NCBI GenBank assembly: GCA_965215605.1
Contig: OZ244070.1
Coordinates: 1,920,001-1,984,000, forward strand
DNA length: 64,000 nucleotides
From: an uncultured Candidatus Binatia bacterium
Lineage (GTDB): Bacteria > Desulfobacterota > Binatia > UBA9968 > JAJDTQ01
Reading direction: 5' to 3'
The notes under the pieces were generated by a model. That model made no database searches and was not told the DNA's origin. It saw only the letters and a list, made by a program, of their open reading frames with translations. A program made the translations under genes and the position numbers. How positions within the stretch are numbered: the stretch's first letter is position 1; each line of letters starts with the position of its first letter. Below are positions 9,402 to 18,839 of the stretch, piece by piece.

Positions 9402-9524
9402 GTGGCTCGCTCTTCTTGTGACCGGATTGGTCAAGATTACAGGGGAGGGAAAACCCTTTCAAGGGTCGTCGAAGGAGTAGGTAGGGCCAAGGTCAGCCGG
9501 GACACTGACGACGCGGCGTACCGC

Positions 9525-9559
9525 GCTTCAATGAGGCCGAGGCAATCACGCCTCGGATC
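9525..9559 (-). repeat. Solitary CRISPR-like repeat, type I-G (I-U)-like, copy 1
   Basis: Minus strand GATCCGAGGCGTGATTGCCTCGGCCTCATTGAAGC: 7-bp hairpin CCGAGGC/GCCTCGG and 3' ATTGAAGC end. Confidence 0.75.
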
Positions 9560-9909
9560 CCCGGTGGCGTTCGATGTAGCGGCGGGTCTCTGGACGGCGT
9601 ACCCATCGGACGAGCAATGTACTGTGGATCGCACGGTTGAGCTTGCCCCAGCATACCTCAGGCAGGTGGTCTCGCCGTGGTCCAAGGAAGCACGGATCAG
9701 GCGCACCGGCCGGGGCATGTAGGAGAAGACCTGATGCTCCCGGAGGCAGTTGGATCGAGCATCTCGTCTTGAGGACGGTGAGGGCCGCTGACGTTGAGTC
9801 AGTAGTGCGCGGCAAGCGATGTACACAATTCCGAACGCCGCTGGCAAAGGAGTCCAGCGGACTAATGACGTCAAACCCGGCGGCGCTGAGTCGGTCCGGT
9901 GGCTGCGGT

Positions 9910-10119
9910 TCACGCACGGTCGAACTCCTGACGCGTGATGCCGAGGTCTCTCAGGATGGCTCTGACGGTTCCCGTTTTCAACTCGTGGCTGCCCCAGTTG
10001 GGGATGGTCGTCCTGCGGCCGTTCGACGATCGAATCCAGACCTCGTGGTCGCCTCGGGCGCGTCGATCCAGGTTGCATCCGAGTCGGCGCAGCTTGCGCG
10101 TGAGTTCGCCGTACCTCAA
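9910..10119 (-). CDS. hicA: HicA mRNA interferase toxin
   Basis: KLRRLG...RGDHEVW...TTIPN...LKTGTVRAILRDLGI. Confidence 0.88.
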   Translation of the reverse strand: MRYGELTRKLRRLGCNLDRRARGDHEVWIRSSNGRRTTIPNWGSHELKTGTVRAILRDLGITRQEFDRA

Positions 10120-10379
10120 ACTGCAACCATGACCTCACCGAGGCCCTCGTGCTGCAGAGCGTCAACGATGGCTGCTTCAACCTTTTCCGGGAGCGGCTCG
10201 CCACGGTCCCGGTAGGACTCGATGAAAGCCGTGGCAACGCCCTGAAGACTCTCCAGCGCCTGCACACGGGTGTCTCCCCAAGCGCGACAGCCGGGTAAGT
10301 CGGGGATTTCGGCAAGGTACTTGCCTTCGGTTTCCTCCGATGGATCCCGCAGGACGAATCTTAGCCTGTATAGTTCCAT
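10116..10379 (-). CDS. hicB: HicB family antitoxin
   Basis: YLAEIPDLPGCRAWGDTRVQAL...GEPLP; 4-nt overlap with hicA. Confidence 0.9.
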   Translation of the reverse strand: MELYRLRFVLRDPSEETEGKYLAEIPDLPGCRAWGDTRVQALESLQGVATAFIESYRDRGEPLPEKVEAAIVDALQHEGLGEVMVAV

Positions 10380-10631
10380 TTCAGCATCCTCGGCTCAGAC
10401 GCAAAGCGTTCACAGCATCGTTCGTGGTCCCGAAGTTTGCCGGATTTTTCCGGTCGTGGCAAGAAAGGGAGGTGGCCACGGACTGACGGGTGTTCCGGCG
10501 CCGGACCTACATCCGCTGGCTCGAGTCGCGGATCGCCGAGCTCTCGGAGAGAGAGCGCGCGCCCGGGAGCGAGGCTCCCAAGCAGTTGTCTTTATTCCAC
10601 TAAAGGCGAACTGCAAAGTGACGCGCCAAGC

Positions 10632-11039
10632 CTAGGCGTCCCCCCGCACCGTTATCGCCAAAGGATGGTCCAGGAGTTGACGGTCGGCCGTGAGGAGCTT
10701 CAGGTTTTCTTCTTGAGCCTGGACGAGCAGAAGTTCGTCGAACGGGTCTTTGTGGTCCAGCGGTGTTGCAAGCGTGCGTGCGGCGTGCGCGGCGGTCATC
10801 GGCAGAAGCGTCACATCCTGTGCTCTCAAGACGGCGATCGCGTCGTTCGGTTCGAAGGGACTCTTTCGTGTTCCCGACCGGCGGCGAGCGCTGTGCTTGA
10901 GACGCATTTCCCAAATCGACACAGCACTCACGAAGAGCTCCGACCCGTCGCTTTGGAAGAACCTGCGTTCAGCCGCCAGGAGTTTTCCCGGTGCCTCCAT
11001 GAGGTCGTAGAGATAGGAGGTGTCGAGAAGAATACGCAC
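10632..11039 (-). CDS. vapC: PIN-domain toxin with no adjacent antitoxin
   Basis: RILLDT, VSAVSIWEM, HKDPFDELLLVQA, LLTAD. Confidence 0.9.
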   Translation of the reverse strand: MRILLDTSYLYDLMEAPGKLLAAERRFFQSDGSELFVSAVSIWEMRLKHSARRRSGTRKSPFEPNDAIAVLRAQDVTLLPMTAAHAARTLATPLDHKDPFDELLLVQAQEENLKLLTADRQLLDHPLAITVRGDA

Positions 11040-11065
11040 GGACCGCGGTTCTATTCTTGCTCGTA

Positions 11066-11097
11066 TTCAATGAGGCCGAGGCAATCACGCCTCGGAT
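11066..11097 (-). repeat. Solitary CRISPR-like repeat, type I-G-like, copy 2
   Basis: 32 nt identical to 9527-9558 (TTCAATGAGGCCGAGGCAATCACGCCTCGGAT on the + strand). Confidence 0.75.
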
Positions 11098-11138
11098 TCC
11101 GCCCGAACCTCCTGCTGGATGGCGACCGACGTGTCTGG

Positions 11139-11357
11139 CTACGTGGTTGGCGTCCGGCGTTTCCTTGCAATTACTTCGCCGGCTACTCGGTCCACTTCTA
11201 CTTTACTCTGTCGCAGCAACTCGATCTCATAAGGAGTCAGCATCCGGGGAGCGGGCGATTTGCCAAGCCACCGATTGAGCAGTTCGATGGACGGGGTGGC
11301 CGAGGTGCCTCTCCGTGCATTGCTCAGACTCTGTTTCGTAGCGTTGTCCGACTTCAT
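11139..11357 (-). CDS. Small hypothetical protein
   Basis: 72-aa ORF with a helical-looking C-terminus LTPYEIELLRQSK; no family recognised. Confidence 0.4.
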   Translation of the reverse strand: MKSDNATKQSLSNARRGTSATPSIELLNRWLGKSPAPRMLTPYEIELLRQSKVEVDRVAGEVIARKRRTPTT

Positions 11358-11389
11358 CCAACTGTTTTAGGAAGTTGATTTTGACCGAG

Positions 11390-11449
11390 GCAGTCCCGCT
11401 CGCGTAGTTCGCGGAACGTCTGCGTGTCGATAGGGAGCCGTTGTTTCAT
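11390..11449 (-). pseudogene. 5' stump of an AAA-ATPase-like (PD-(D/E)XK-associated) gene
   Basis: MKQRLPIDTQTFRELRERDC matches the LPIGIQxFxxLRxxxxYYVDKT N-terminus, then breaks off. Confidence 0.65.
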
Positions 11450-11465
11450 GGGCGGTTGCCCGAGG

Positions 11466-12485
11466 TTAGTCGCTTCCTCGAAATCCCTCAACCCTGACCG
11501 CCCGCGCCGTCGCCAGCGACTCCGCCGCGGCCTCGGCAACGGCCAGCGCCGCCAGACCGTCCTGTCCGCTCGGATAGGCTACGTCACCGCCCCGGACCAG
11601 AGCACAGAACGCCGCCATCTCTTCGCGGTAGGCGCTGGCGTAGCGGTCCATGAAGAAGTCGTTGAGGGGGTCGGTGGCGAAGCCCTCCCGGCCGGCGCGG
11701 GTGACGGTGGTGGCCACGGGGTTGCCGGCGGAGACCATGCCCTGGGAGCCGTGCACCTCGATGCGTTGATCGTAGCCGTAGACGGCGCGGCGGGAGTTGG
11801 AGATTACGCACAGGCGGCCCCTCGCCGAACGCAGCAGGGCCACCGCGGTGTCGATGTCGCCGGCCTCGCCGATGGCGGTGTCGATGACAGCCGATCCAGT
11901 GGCGCTGACCTCGACGATGGACTCGCCCGCGAGGTACCGGGCCATGTCGAAGTCGTGGATCATCATGTCCTTGAACAGGCCGCCGGACCGTTGAAGGTAT
12001 TCCATCGGCGGCGGCGCGGGATCGCGCGAGGTGATCTGCACGAGTTCGACGGTTCCGATGCGGCCGCGGTCGATTTCGTCCCGCAGGCGCCGGAACGACG
12101 GGTCGAAGCGGCGGTTGAAGCCGATCATCAGGGGAACGCCGCCACGCGCGGCCGCGTCCACGGCTCGCTCCGCCCGGGACAGATCCAGGTCGATGGGCTT
12201 CTCGCAGAAGACCGCCTTGCCCGCGGCGGCTGCCCGTTCGATCAGGTCGGCGTGCAGGTCGGTGGGGGTCGCGATGAGGACGCCTTCGATGGCGGGGTCG
12301 CCCAGCACTTCCTCGACGGAGGCGGCACGAGTGCCGGTCGCCTGGACCACCGACGCCACGGCAGCCTCGTCGGGATCGGCCACGGCAACCAATCGGGCTC
12401 CCTCGATGGCCGCGACGGACCGGGCATGGGTCTTGCCGATGCGGCCGGCTCCCAGCAGCCCCAGCCTGACGGGATCGTCCGTCAC
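11466..12485 (-). CDS. iolG: myo-inositol 2-dehydrogenase
   Basis: GLLGAGRIG, FCEKP, GFNRRFD, ITSRDP, DMMIHDFD, YGYDQRIEV. Confidence 0.93.
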   Translation of the reverse strand: MTDDPVRLGLLGAGRIGKTHARSVAAIEGARLVAVADPDEAAVASVVQATGTRAASVEEVLGDPAIEGVLIATPTDLHADLIERAAAAGKAVFCEKPIDLDLSRAERAVDAAARGGVPLMIGFNRRFDPSFRRLRDEIDRGRIGTVELVQITSRDPAPPPMEYLQRSGGLFKDMMIHDFDMARYLAGESIVEVSATGSAVIDTAIGEAGDIDTAVALLRSARGRLCVISNSRRAVYGYDQRIEVHGSQGMVSAGNPVATTVTRAGREGFATDPLNDFFMDRYASAYREEMAAFCALVRGGDVAYPSGQDGLAALAVAEAAAESLATARAVRVEGFRGSD

Positions 12486-13291
12486 TTGGAGTCCCGCTGG
12501 AAGATCCAGTCGTGGTCGGGATGGTTTCTGAAACGCCACTGGCGCCTGGGGCCCGCCATCACGTTCAGGTAGTACATGTCGTAGCCGTACGGCGCTCCGC
12601 ACGGATGATGCCCGCGCGGCACCAGCACGGTGTCTCCGTCGGACACCGCCATGGTCTCGTCCAGTTCGCCGTCTTCGGTGAACACCCGCTGAAAGCCGAA
12701 CCCCTGGGGCGGGTCGATGCGGTGGTAGTAGGTCTCCTCGAGATAGGTCATGTCCGAGCCCTCGTCCGAGTCGTGACGGTGCGGCGGGTAGCTCGACCAG
12801 TTCCCCTGGGGCGTGTAGACCTCGGTGATGAGCAGGCTGTCGGCGATGTCGGTGTCGTCCATGGCAATGGGGTGCACGTAGCGGGTGTTGGCGCCCTTGC
12901 CGCGTTCCAGCACCGGTATGCCGTCCGGATCGATGGCCTTGGCCGGATGTCCGCCCGCGCCGGGCGCCGAGCACACCGCGATGGTGCAGTCCGTTGCCGC
13001 GTGGGCGGACCAGGACGTCCCGTTGGGAACGTAGACGGCATAGGGCTTGGTCTGCTCGAACACGTTCATGCGCTCGCCCTGGACGCCGAAATCCACCTCG
13101 GGCGTTGCCAGGCGCGCCTTGCCCTCGACCATGACCAGGATGGCTTCGCGTTCACCGGTGGCCTCCCCGGCGCTCTCCCCGGCCTTCAGCGCGTAGACGG
13201 CGAACCCGACGTACCGCCACCCGGCGTCCTCGGGCGTGATGTCGACGATCTTGCCCGTCGTCCCCGACGGCTTGCGCAATAGATTGCTCAT
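12482..13291 (-). CDS. iolB: 5-deoxy-glucuronate isomerase
   Basis: GNWSSYPPHRHD, LEETYYH, YYLNVMAGP. Confidence 0.95.
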   Translation of the reverse strand: MSNLLRKPSGTTGKIVDITPEDAGWRYVGFAVYALKAGESAGEATGEREAILVMVEGKARLATPEVDFGVQGERMNVFEQTKPYAVYVPNGTSWSAHAATDCTIAVCSAPGAGGHPAKAIDPDGIPVLERGKGANTRYVHPIAMDDTDIADSLLITEVYTPQGNWSSYPPHRHDSDEGSDMTYLEETYYHRIDPPQGFGFQRVFTEDGELDETMAVSDGDTVLVPRGHHPCGAPYGYDMYYLNVMAGPRRQWRFRNHPDHDWIFQRDSK

Positions 13292-14196
13292 TGGATGTGC
13301 TCCTGGTCCAAACCCGCGTCCCGCGCCATGGCGCGGAGCGTCTTCAATGCCAACGTCTGATAGTATACCGGATCGCGTTGGGTCGGGTCCTGCTCGGCCT
13401 CGGCGACGAGCCACCCCGAGTAGCGGTGGCGGGCGGCGATCCGCAGCACCGCGGGGAAGTCCACGCAGCCCTCGTCGTCGCCCGGCACGGTGAACACACC
13501 GAGCCTGACAGCCTGAAGGAAGGACAGTCCTTCCGCAAGCGCTTTCCGGCGGACGGCCGGACGGACATTCTTGAGGTGTATGTGGACGATCCGGTCCATG
13601 TACCGCTCCGCCACGGCCGCCGGATCGGCGCCCGCGAAGGCGGCGTGCCCGGTGTCCAGCAAGAGCCTCGTGCTCGGCCCGGCATGGGCCATGAACGCCT
13701 CGATCTCCTCCATGGTCTCCACCACCGTGCCCATGTGGTGATGATAGGCCAAGTGGATGCCGTAGTCGCGGCAGTGCCGGGCGATGGCCTCGACGTCGGC
13801 GCAGAAGCGGCTCCAGCCGGACGGCGCGAGCTTCGGTCGATGCGCCAACGGCGCGTCCCTCTCGCCGTGCACGGCGCCGGTGGTCTCGCACGCGATGCAC
13901 ACCGAGCACCCCAGGGCCGCCAGCACGTCGAGGTGCGGCTGAATCGCCGCCTTCTCGTCCTCCACGGACCGTTGGAGCAGCTTCAGCGAGTGCCATCCGG
14001 ACACGTAGGCCAGGCCATGGCGTTCGAGCGTCGCCTTCAGGGTCGCGGCGTCAGAAGGGAACTTGTGGCCTTTCTCGATCCCCTCGAAGCCGATCCGGCC
14101 GGCGTCGCTCAGGCACCGTTCCAGCGGGATGTCGCCGCCGAGGCTGCGGTCGTCGTCGTTGGACCAGGCGATGGGGTTGGTCCCGTAACGGATCAC
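13288..14196 (-). CDS. iolE: myo-inosose-2 dehydratase
   Basis: [33 protein letters not shown]. Confidence 0.95.
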   Translation of the reverse strand: MIRYGTNPIAWSNDDDRSLGGDIPLERCLSDAGRIGFEGIEKGHKFPSDAATLKATLERHGLAYVSGWHSLKLLQRSVEDEKAAIQPHLDVLAALGCSVCIACETTGAVHGERDAPLAHRPKLAPSGWSRFCADVEAIARHCRDYGIHLAYHHHMGTVVETMEEIEAFMAHAGPSTRLLLDTGHAAFAGADPAAVAERYMDRIVHIHLKNVRPAVRRKALAEGLSFLQAVRLGVFTVPGDDEGCVDFPAVLRIAARHRYSGWLVAEAEQDPTQRDPVYYQTLALKTLRAMARDAGLDQEHIQ

Positions 14197-16016
14197 GGGC
14201 GCTTCCTGAGCGCCGCGTCGTAGGACTCGCGGGCCGCCACCACCTCGGCCCGGTCCGAGACCTCGGGCACGGCTACGTCCCACCAATGGCCGCCGGCCCG
14301 GGTGCCGAGCGCGGGCTCGGTGTCGATGACGATGACGGAGGTCCGGTCGGCGCTTCCGGCCTCGACCAGGGCGGCTTCCAGGCCCGCGACGTCGTCCACG
14401 TGGGTCGCGGCGGCCCCCATGGAGGCGGCGTGGGCGGCGAAATCGATGGCCGAGGGCGTCTTGTGCCGGGCCGTGTCCAGCAGGTTGTTGAAGCTGGCGC
14501 CCCCGGTGGCCCGCTGCAGCCGGTCGATGCACCCGAACCCCCGGTTGTCCAGCACCACGACGGTCAGCTTCAATCCCAGCATGACGCTCGTGGCCAGCTC
14601 CGAGTTCATCATCATGTAGGAGCCGTCGCCCACCACCACCACCACGTCGGCTTCCGGGCGCGCCATCTTGACGCCCAGCCCGCCGGCGATCTCGTAGCCC
14701 ATGCACGAGTACCCGTACTCGAGGTGGTAGTCGCCCCGGCGCGGCGAGCGCCAGAGCTTGTGCAGTTCGCCCGGCAACCCGCCGGCCGCGCATACGACGA
14801 TGCCGTCGTCGCTCATGGTCCGTTGCACCGCGCCGATGACCTGGGCGTCCGACGGCGTTGCGCTGCCGTCCGTTGCGGCCGCGGTGGCGGCGTCGGCGGC
14901 CCGGTCCCAATCGGCCTTCAGTCTCTCGCCCGGCGGGGCGAAGACGTGGTCGCCCAGAGCGGCGTCCAGCTCCGCCAGCGTGGTCCGGGCGTCGCCCACC
15001 ACCGCGACGGCGTCATGTTTCGTGGCATCGAAGGGCGCCGCGTTGACGGTCAGCAGCCGCGCCTCCGGGTTCTGGAAAAGGCTCCAGGAACCGGTGGTGA
15101 AGTCCTGCAGGCGGGTGCCGACGGCGAGGATCAGGTCCGCGGTCCGGGCGATGGCGTTGGCGCTTTCGGCGCCGGTGACGCCGATGGCGCCGGCGCTGCA
15201 GGGGTGCGTCCACGGCAGCGCCGACTTGCCGGCCTGGGTCTCGGCCACCGGGATGCGGTGCCCCTCGGCAAAGGCGGCGAGGGTTTCGCACGCTTCGGAG
15301 TAGTGCACGCCGCCGCCGGCGATGATGAGCGGCGCTTTGGCCGCGCGCAGGGCCTCAGCCGCGCGGGCCAACTCTCCCGCGTCGGGCCGTTGCCGGCGCA
15401 TGGCCCAGGTGCGCGGCTCGAAGAACGCCTCCGGGTAGTCGCTGGCCTCGGCCTGGACGTCCTGGCACAGGGCGAGGGTGACGGGACCGCACCCGGCCGG
15501 GTCGAGGAGCGTCGCCATGGCGCGGGGCAACGCGGTCAGGAGCTGTTCGGGACGGGTGATGCGGTCGAAGTACCGGCTCACCGGGCGGAAGCAGTCGTTG
15601 GCGCTGACGGTGCCGTCCGAGAAATCCTCCACTTGCTGCAGCACAGGGTCGGGAATCCGGTTGGCGAAGACGTCTCCGGGCAGGAACAGCACCGGCAGGC
15701 GGTTCACGTGCGCCACTGCCGCCGCGGTGACCATGTTGGTGGCGCCGGGTCCGATGGAGGAGGTCACAGCCATGACCCGCTTGCGGTTGTTGGCCTTGGC
15801 GAAGGCGATGGCCGCGTGGGCCATGCCCTGCTCGTTGTGGCCCCGCCACGTGGGCAGCGCGTCGCCGGCCCGATGCAGCGCCTCGCCCAGGCCGGCGACG
15901 TTGCCGTGCCCGAAGATCGCCCAGACACCGGCCACGAAGCGCTCGCCGTCCTCGTTCACCTGCGCGCTGAGGTAGCGAACAAGAGCCTGGGCCGCGGTCA
16001 GTCGGATGGTGCTCAT
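14193..16016 (-). CDS. iolD: 3D-(3,5/4)-trihydroxycyclohexane-1,2-dione acylhydrolase
   Basis: IFGHGNVAG, TSSIGPGATNM, EYGYSCMGYE, GDGSY TPP motif. Confidence 0.95.
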   Translation of the reverse strand: MSTIRLTAAQALVRYLSAQVNEDGERFVAGVWAIFGHGNVAGLGEALHRAGDALPTWRGHNEQGMAHAAIAFAKANNRKRVMAVTSSIGPGATNMVTAAAVAHVNRLPVLFLPGDVFANRIPDPVLQQVEDFSDGTVSANDCFRPVSRYFDRITRPEQLLTALPRAMATLLDPAGCGPVTLALCQDVQAEASDYPEAFFEPRTWAMRRQRPDAGELARAAEALRAAKAPLIIAGGGVHYSEACETLAAFAEGHRIPVAETQAGKSALPWTHPCSAGAIGVTGAESANAIARTADLILAVGTRLQDFTTGSWSLFQNPEARLLTVNAAPFDATKHDAVAVVGDARTTLAELDAALGDHVFAPPGERLKADWDRAADAATAAATDGSATPSDAQVIGAVQRTMSDDGIVVCAAGGLPGELHKLWRSPRRGDYHLEYGYSCMGYEIAGGLGVKMARPEADVVVVVGDGSYMMMNSELATSVMLGLKLTVVVLDNRGFGCIDRLQRATGGASFNNLLDTARHKTPSAIDFAAHAASMGAAATHVDDVAGLEAALVEAGSADRTSVIVIDTEPALGTRAGGHWWDVAVPEVSDRAEVVAARESYDAALRKRP

Positions 16017-16050
16017 GGATCGTCAGTCCTTACTCCGGTATAGCCGGAAC

Positions 16051-18021
16051 CTATCGTTCCGCCCTCACACCGGTGCGTGCCTCGTCCCATGCGTCGCAGA
16101 GCCGGGCGAAGTTCCCGGCCATGCGGGCCACGGCCTCATCGTCGGCCATGTTGCCGGCCATCCAGGCGCGCGCCACATCTCCGAAGATCGTACGCCCGAC
16201 GGCAAACCCCTTCACCATCTCATGCCCGGCCGCGGTCTGGAAGCTCGCCCGCAGGTCTTCGAAGGGCGCGTCCAGGCCCAGGACCACGATGCCCCGGCAG
16301 TGCGGATCGTTGCTCTCGATGGCGGCGCACGCCCTTCGCCAGGCCGCGTCCGATACCATGGGCTCCAGCTTCCACCAGTCGGGAAAGACGCCGATGGCGT
16401 AGAATCGTTCGATGACGGCGGCGGTGGTCGAATCGTCCACCGGCCCGAATTTCGACGGGATGATTTCCAGCAGAAAGTCCAGCCCGTTGGCGCGGGCGGC
16501 CTCCGCCAGACGCTTCACCGTCGCTTCCTGGCCGGCGCGCAGTTCCGCCGGGTCGCCGGGCCGATAGAAGCAAAGCACCTTCACCACGTGCTCGGCGGGC
16601 CACTCCGCCAGCGCCGAGCCGAAGTCGTTGCCGATCTCCAGCCGCAACGGTCGGCTGCCGGGCCGCTCCACCGGACGGCCGATCCACAGTCCCGTGCCCG
16701 CCGCCGCGTAGAGCACGTCCCGGCCCAGGCGGCCGTCGCACAGGATGCCGTACCCGTGGCGCCCGCCGGCGACCCGAAGCGCCGCCTCCAGGCACAGGCG
16801 CTTGAACGCGCCGATGCGCTCCACGATGACGGCCTCCTCCAGCGAGGCGCGGCTGCCTCGTGCGATGTCCTCTTCCGTCCCGACGCTGCACTCCCTGGCG
16901 ATGTCCTCGAATTGCGAGCGGTGATCGAAGGCGAAGACGTGCATGCTCGGCCACGCCCTGGACCGGTTCGTGGCCCAGTGGAGCTGCTCCAGGCGCGCGT
17001 CCTGGCGGACCGCCGGCGTCGATGGCCCGTTTTCCATGAAGTCGCGCAGCTCGACGGCGCTGGGATAGGCCGGCGTGCAGCCGTGGCGCGACACCGCCAG
17101 CGCGCCGCAGGCGTTGGCGATACGCAGGGTCCGGGCCCAGGCCTCTCCCGAAAGCCAGCCCTTCAGCAGCCCGGCCATGAAGCCGTCGCCGGCTCCCAGG
17201 ACGTTGAACACCTCGACCTCGAACGGCTCTCCGCTCACGCCTTCGTCGAGGCTCGCCGGGATCGGCCCCTCGAAAACGGTGGCGCCGCCGGCGCCGCGCT
17301 TGCACACCAGCGCCGCCTGCGACACCGTGCGCACGTTGGCCAGCGCTTGGACCGTGTCGGATGCGCCGCCGGCAATGTGGAACTCCTCCTCCGTGCCCAC
17401 GATGACGTCGAACCGCGCCAGGGTGCCTTGCAGCCTGGCGGTCACCGCCGCCGACTCGATGAAGCGGTTCTCGCCGTCGCCGTGCCCGGAGAGGCCCCAC
17501 AGGTTCGGCCGGTAGTCGAGGTCGACGATGGTCCTGGCGCCCGACTCCCGGGCCAGGTCCAGCGCCCGCAGGGTCGCCGCCTCGGTGCGGGGATGGGACA
17601 GGTGGGTGCCGGAGGCCAGCACGCAGCGCGCCTCGGCGATGAAGTCCGGGTCGATGTCGTCCGGCGACAGCGCCATGTCGGCGCAGTTCTCGCGGTAGAA
17701 GATCAACGGGAACCGTTCCTGGTCGCGTATGCCCAGCAGCACCAGTGCGGTCAGCCGTTCCGGATCGGTGATGACGCCGCGGACGTCCACCCCTTCGGCC
17801 CGCAACTGCTCGCGGATGAAGCGGCCCATGTGCTCGTCGCCGACCCGCGTGATGACGGCGGACCTGAGGCCGAGCCGCGCGGCGCCGGCGGCGGCGTTGG
17901 TGGGCGAGCCGCCGATGTACTTGCGGAACGACCGCATGTCTTCGAGCCGTCCGCCCACCTGGCCGCCGTAGAGGTCCACCGACGAGCGGCCGATGGCGAT
18001 GACGTCGAGAGCCCGCTTCAC
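16051..18021 (-). CDS. iolC: 5-dehydro-2-deoxygluconokinase fused to DUF2090 domain
   Basis: [18 protein letters not shown] (PfkB), then [20 protein letters not shown]. Confidence 0.93.
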   Translation of the reverse strand: MKRALDVIAIGRSSVDLYGGQVGGRLEDMRSFRKYIGGSPTNAAAGAARLGLRSAVITRVGDEHMGRFIREQLRAEGVDVRGVITDPERLTALVLLGIRDQERFPLIFYRENCADMALSPDDIDPDFIAEARCVLASGTHLSHPRTEAATLRALDLARESGARTIVDLDYRPNLWGLSGHGDGENRFIESAAVTARLQGTLARFDVIVGTEEEFHIAGGASDTVQALANVRTVSQAALVCKRGAGGATVFEGPIPASLDEGVSGEPFEVEVFNVLGAGDGFMAGLLKGWLSGEAWARTLRIANACGALAVSRHGCTPAYPSAVELRDFMENGPSTPAVRQDARLEQLHWATNRSRAWPSMHVFAFDHRSQFEDIARECSVGTEEDIARGSRASLEEAVIVERIGAFKRLCLEAALRVAGGRHGYGILCDGRLGRDVLYAAAGTGLWIGRPVERPGSRPLRLEIGNDFGSALAEWPAEHVVKVLCFYRPGDPAELRAGQEATVKRLAEAARANGLDFLLEIIPSKFGPVDDSTTAAVIERFYAIGVFPDWWKLEPMVSDAAWRRACAAIESNDPHCRGIVVLGLDAPFEDLRASFQTAAGHEMVKGFAVGRTIFGDVARAWMAGNMADDEAVARMAGNFARLCDAWDEARTGVRAER

Positions 18022-18839
18022 ACGGTACCGCCCAGGGAGCCTTCGAGCCGCGCCAGTTCCTGGCCGCCGGCCATCATGTCCTGAAGCTCGTCGGCCTTGA
18101 TCTCCCCGCGCATGGCCGTGCCCAGGGTGGCGCCGCGGTTCAGCACCGTGTAGCGGTCGCCCACGGCCATGGCGTGGCGGACGTTGTGGGTGATGAAGAC
18201 CACGCCGATTCCGGATTTGCGGACCCGGTCGATGGTGGTCAGGACGTTGGACGTCTGCCGCACCCCCAGCGCCGACGTGGGCTCGTCCAGGATCAGGATC
18301 TTGGCGCCGAAGTAGACGGCCCGGGTGATGGCGACCGTCTGGCGCTCGCCGCCGGAAAGGGTCCCCACGGCCTGGGCGGGCTCGCGCAGGCGGATGCCCA
18401 TGTCGGCCATCCGGGTCATGGTGACCTCGTTGGCCTTCCTGAAGTCGATGTGCCTGAACGGCCCCCAGCCCTTGGTGGGCTCGCGGCCCATCCAGAAGTT
18501 GCGGGTCACCGACATCAGCGGGATCATCGCCAGGTCCTGGTACACGGTGGCGATGCCGGCCAGCATGGCGTCGCGCGGGCTCTCGAAGGTCACCGGCTGG
18601 CCGCCCATGAAGATCTGCCCGCTGGTGGGCTTGTGCACGCCGGACATGGTCTTGATAAACGTCGATTTGCCGGCGCCGTTGTCTCCCAGCAGGCAATGAC
18701 ATTCCCCCGCGTGCACCGCCACCGAAACCCCCGCCAGGGCGATGACCGCGCCGAAGTGCTTCTCGATCTTTTGCAACTCGATCAGCGGGGCCTCGCCGGT
18801 GTGGACATCGCGCATGTCATAAAGCGGTTCGCTCATCAT
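18018..18839 (-). CDS. Sugar (inositol) ABC transporter ATP-binding protein
   Basis: [22 protein letters not shown]. Confidence 0.92.
   Translation of the reverse strand: MMSEPLYDMRDVHTGEAPLIELQKIEKHFGAVIALAGVSVAVHAGECHCLLGDNGAGKSTFIKTMSGVHKPTSGQIFMGGQPVTFESPRDAMLAGIATVYQDLAMIPLMSVTRNFWMGREPTKGWGPFRHIDFRKANEVTMTRMADMGIRLREPAQAVGTLSGGERQTVAITRAVYFGAKILILDEPTSALGVRQTSNVLTTIDRVRKSGIGVVFITHNVRHAMAVGDRYTVLNRGATLGTAMRGEIKADELQDMMAGGQELARLEGSLGGTV

Noticed and set aside
9597-9733. Possible degenerate repeat one spacer-length from copy 1, and a winged-helix-like fragment (IRRTGRGM*EKT)
   Set aside because: Similarity is patchy with no hairpin, and the peptide fragment is too short to assign.
11035-11047. 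Seed-like match between the sequence after repeat copy 1 (GCGGTACG, minus strand) and the PIN start region (GCGGTCCG)
   Set aside because: Only 7 of 8 nt, no extension and no TTN-type PAM; too weak to call a guide-target pair.
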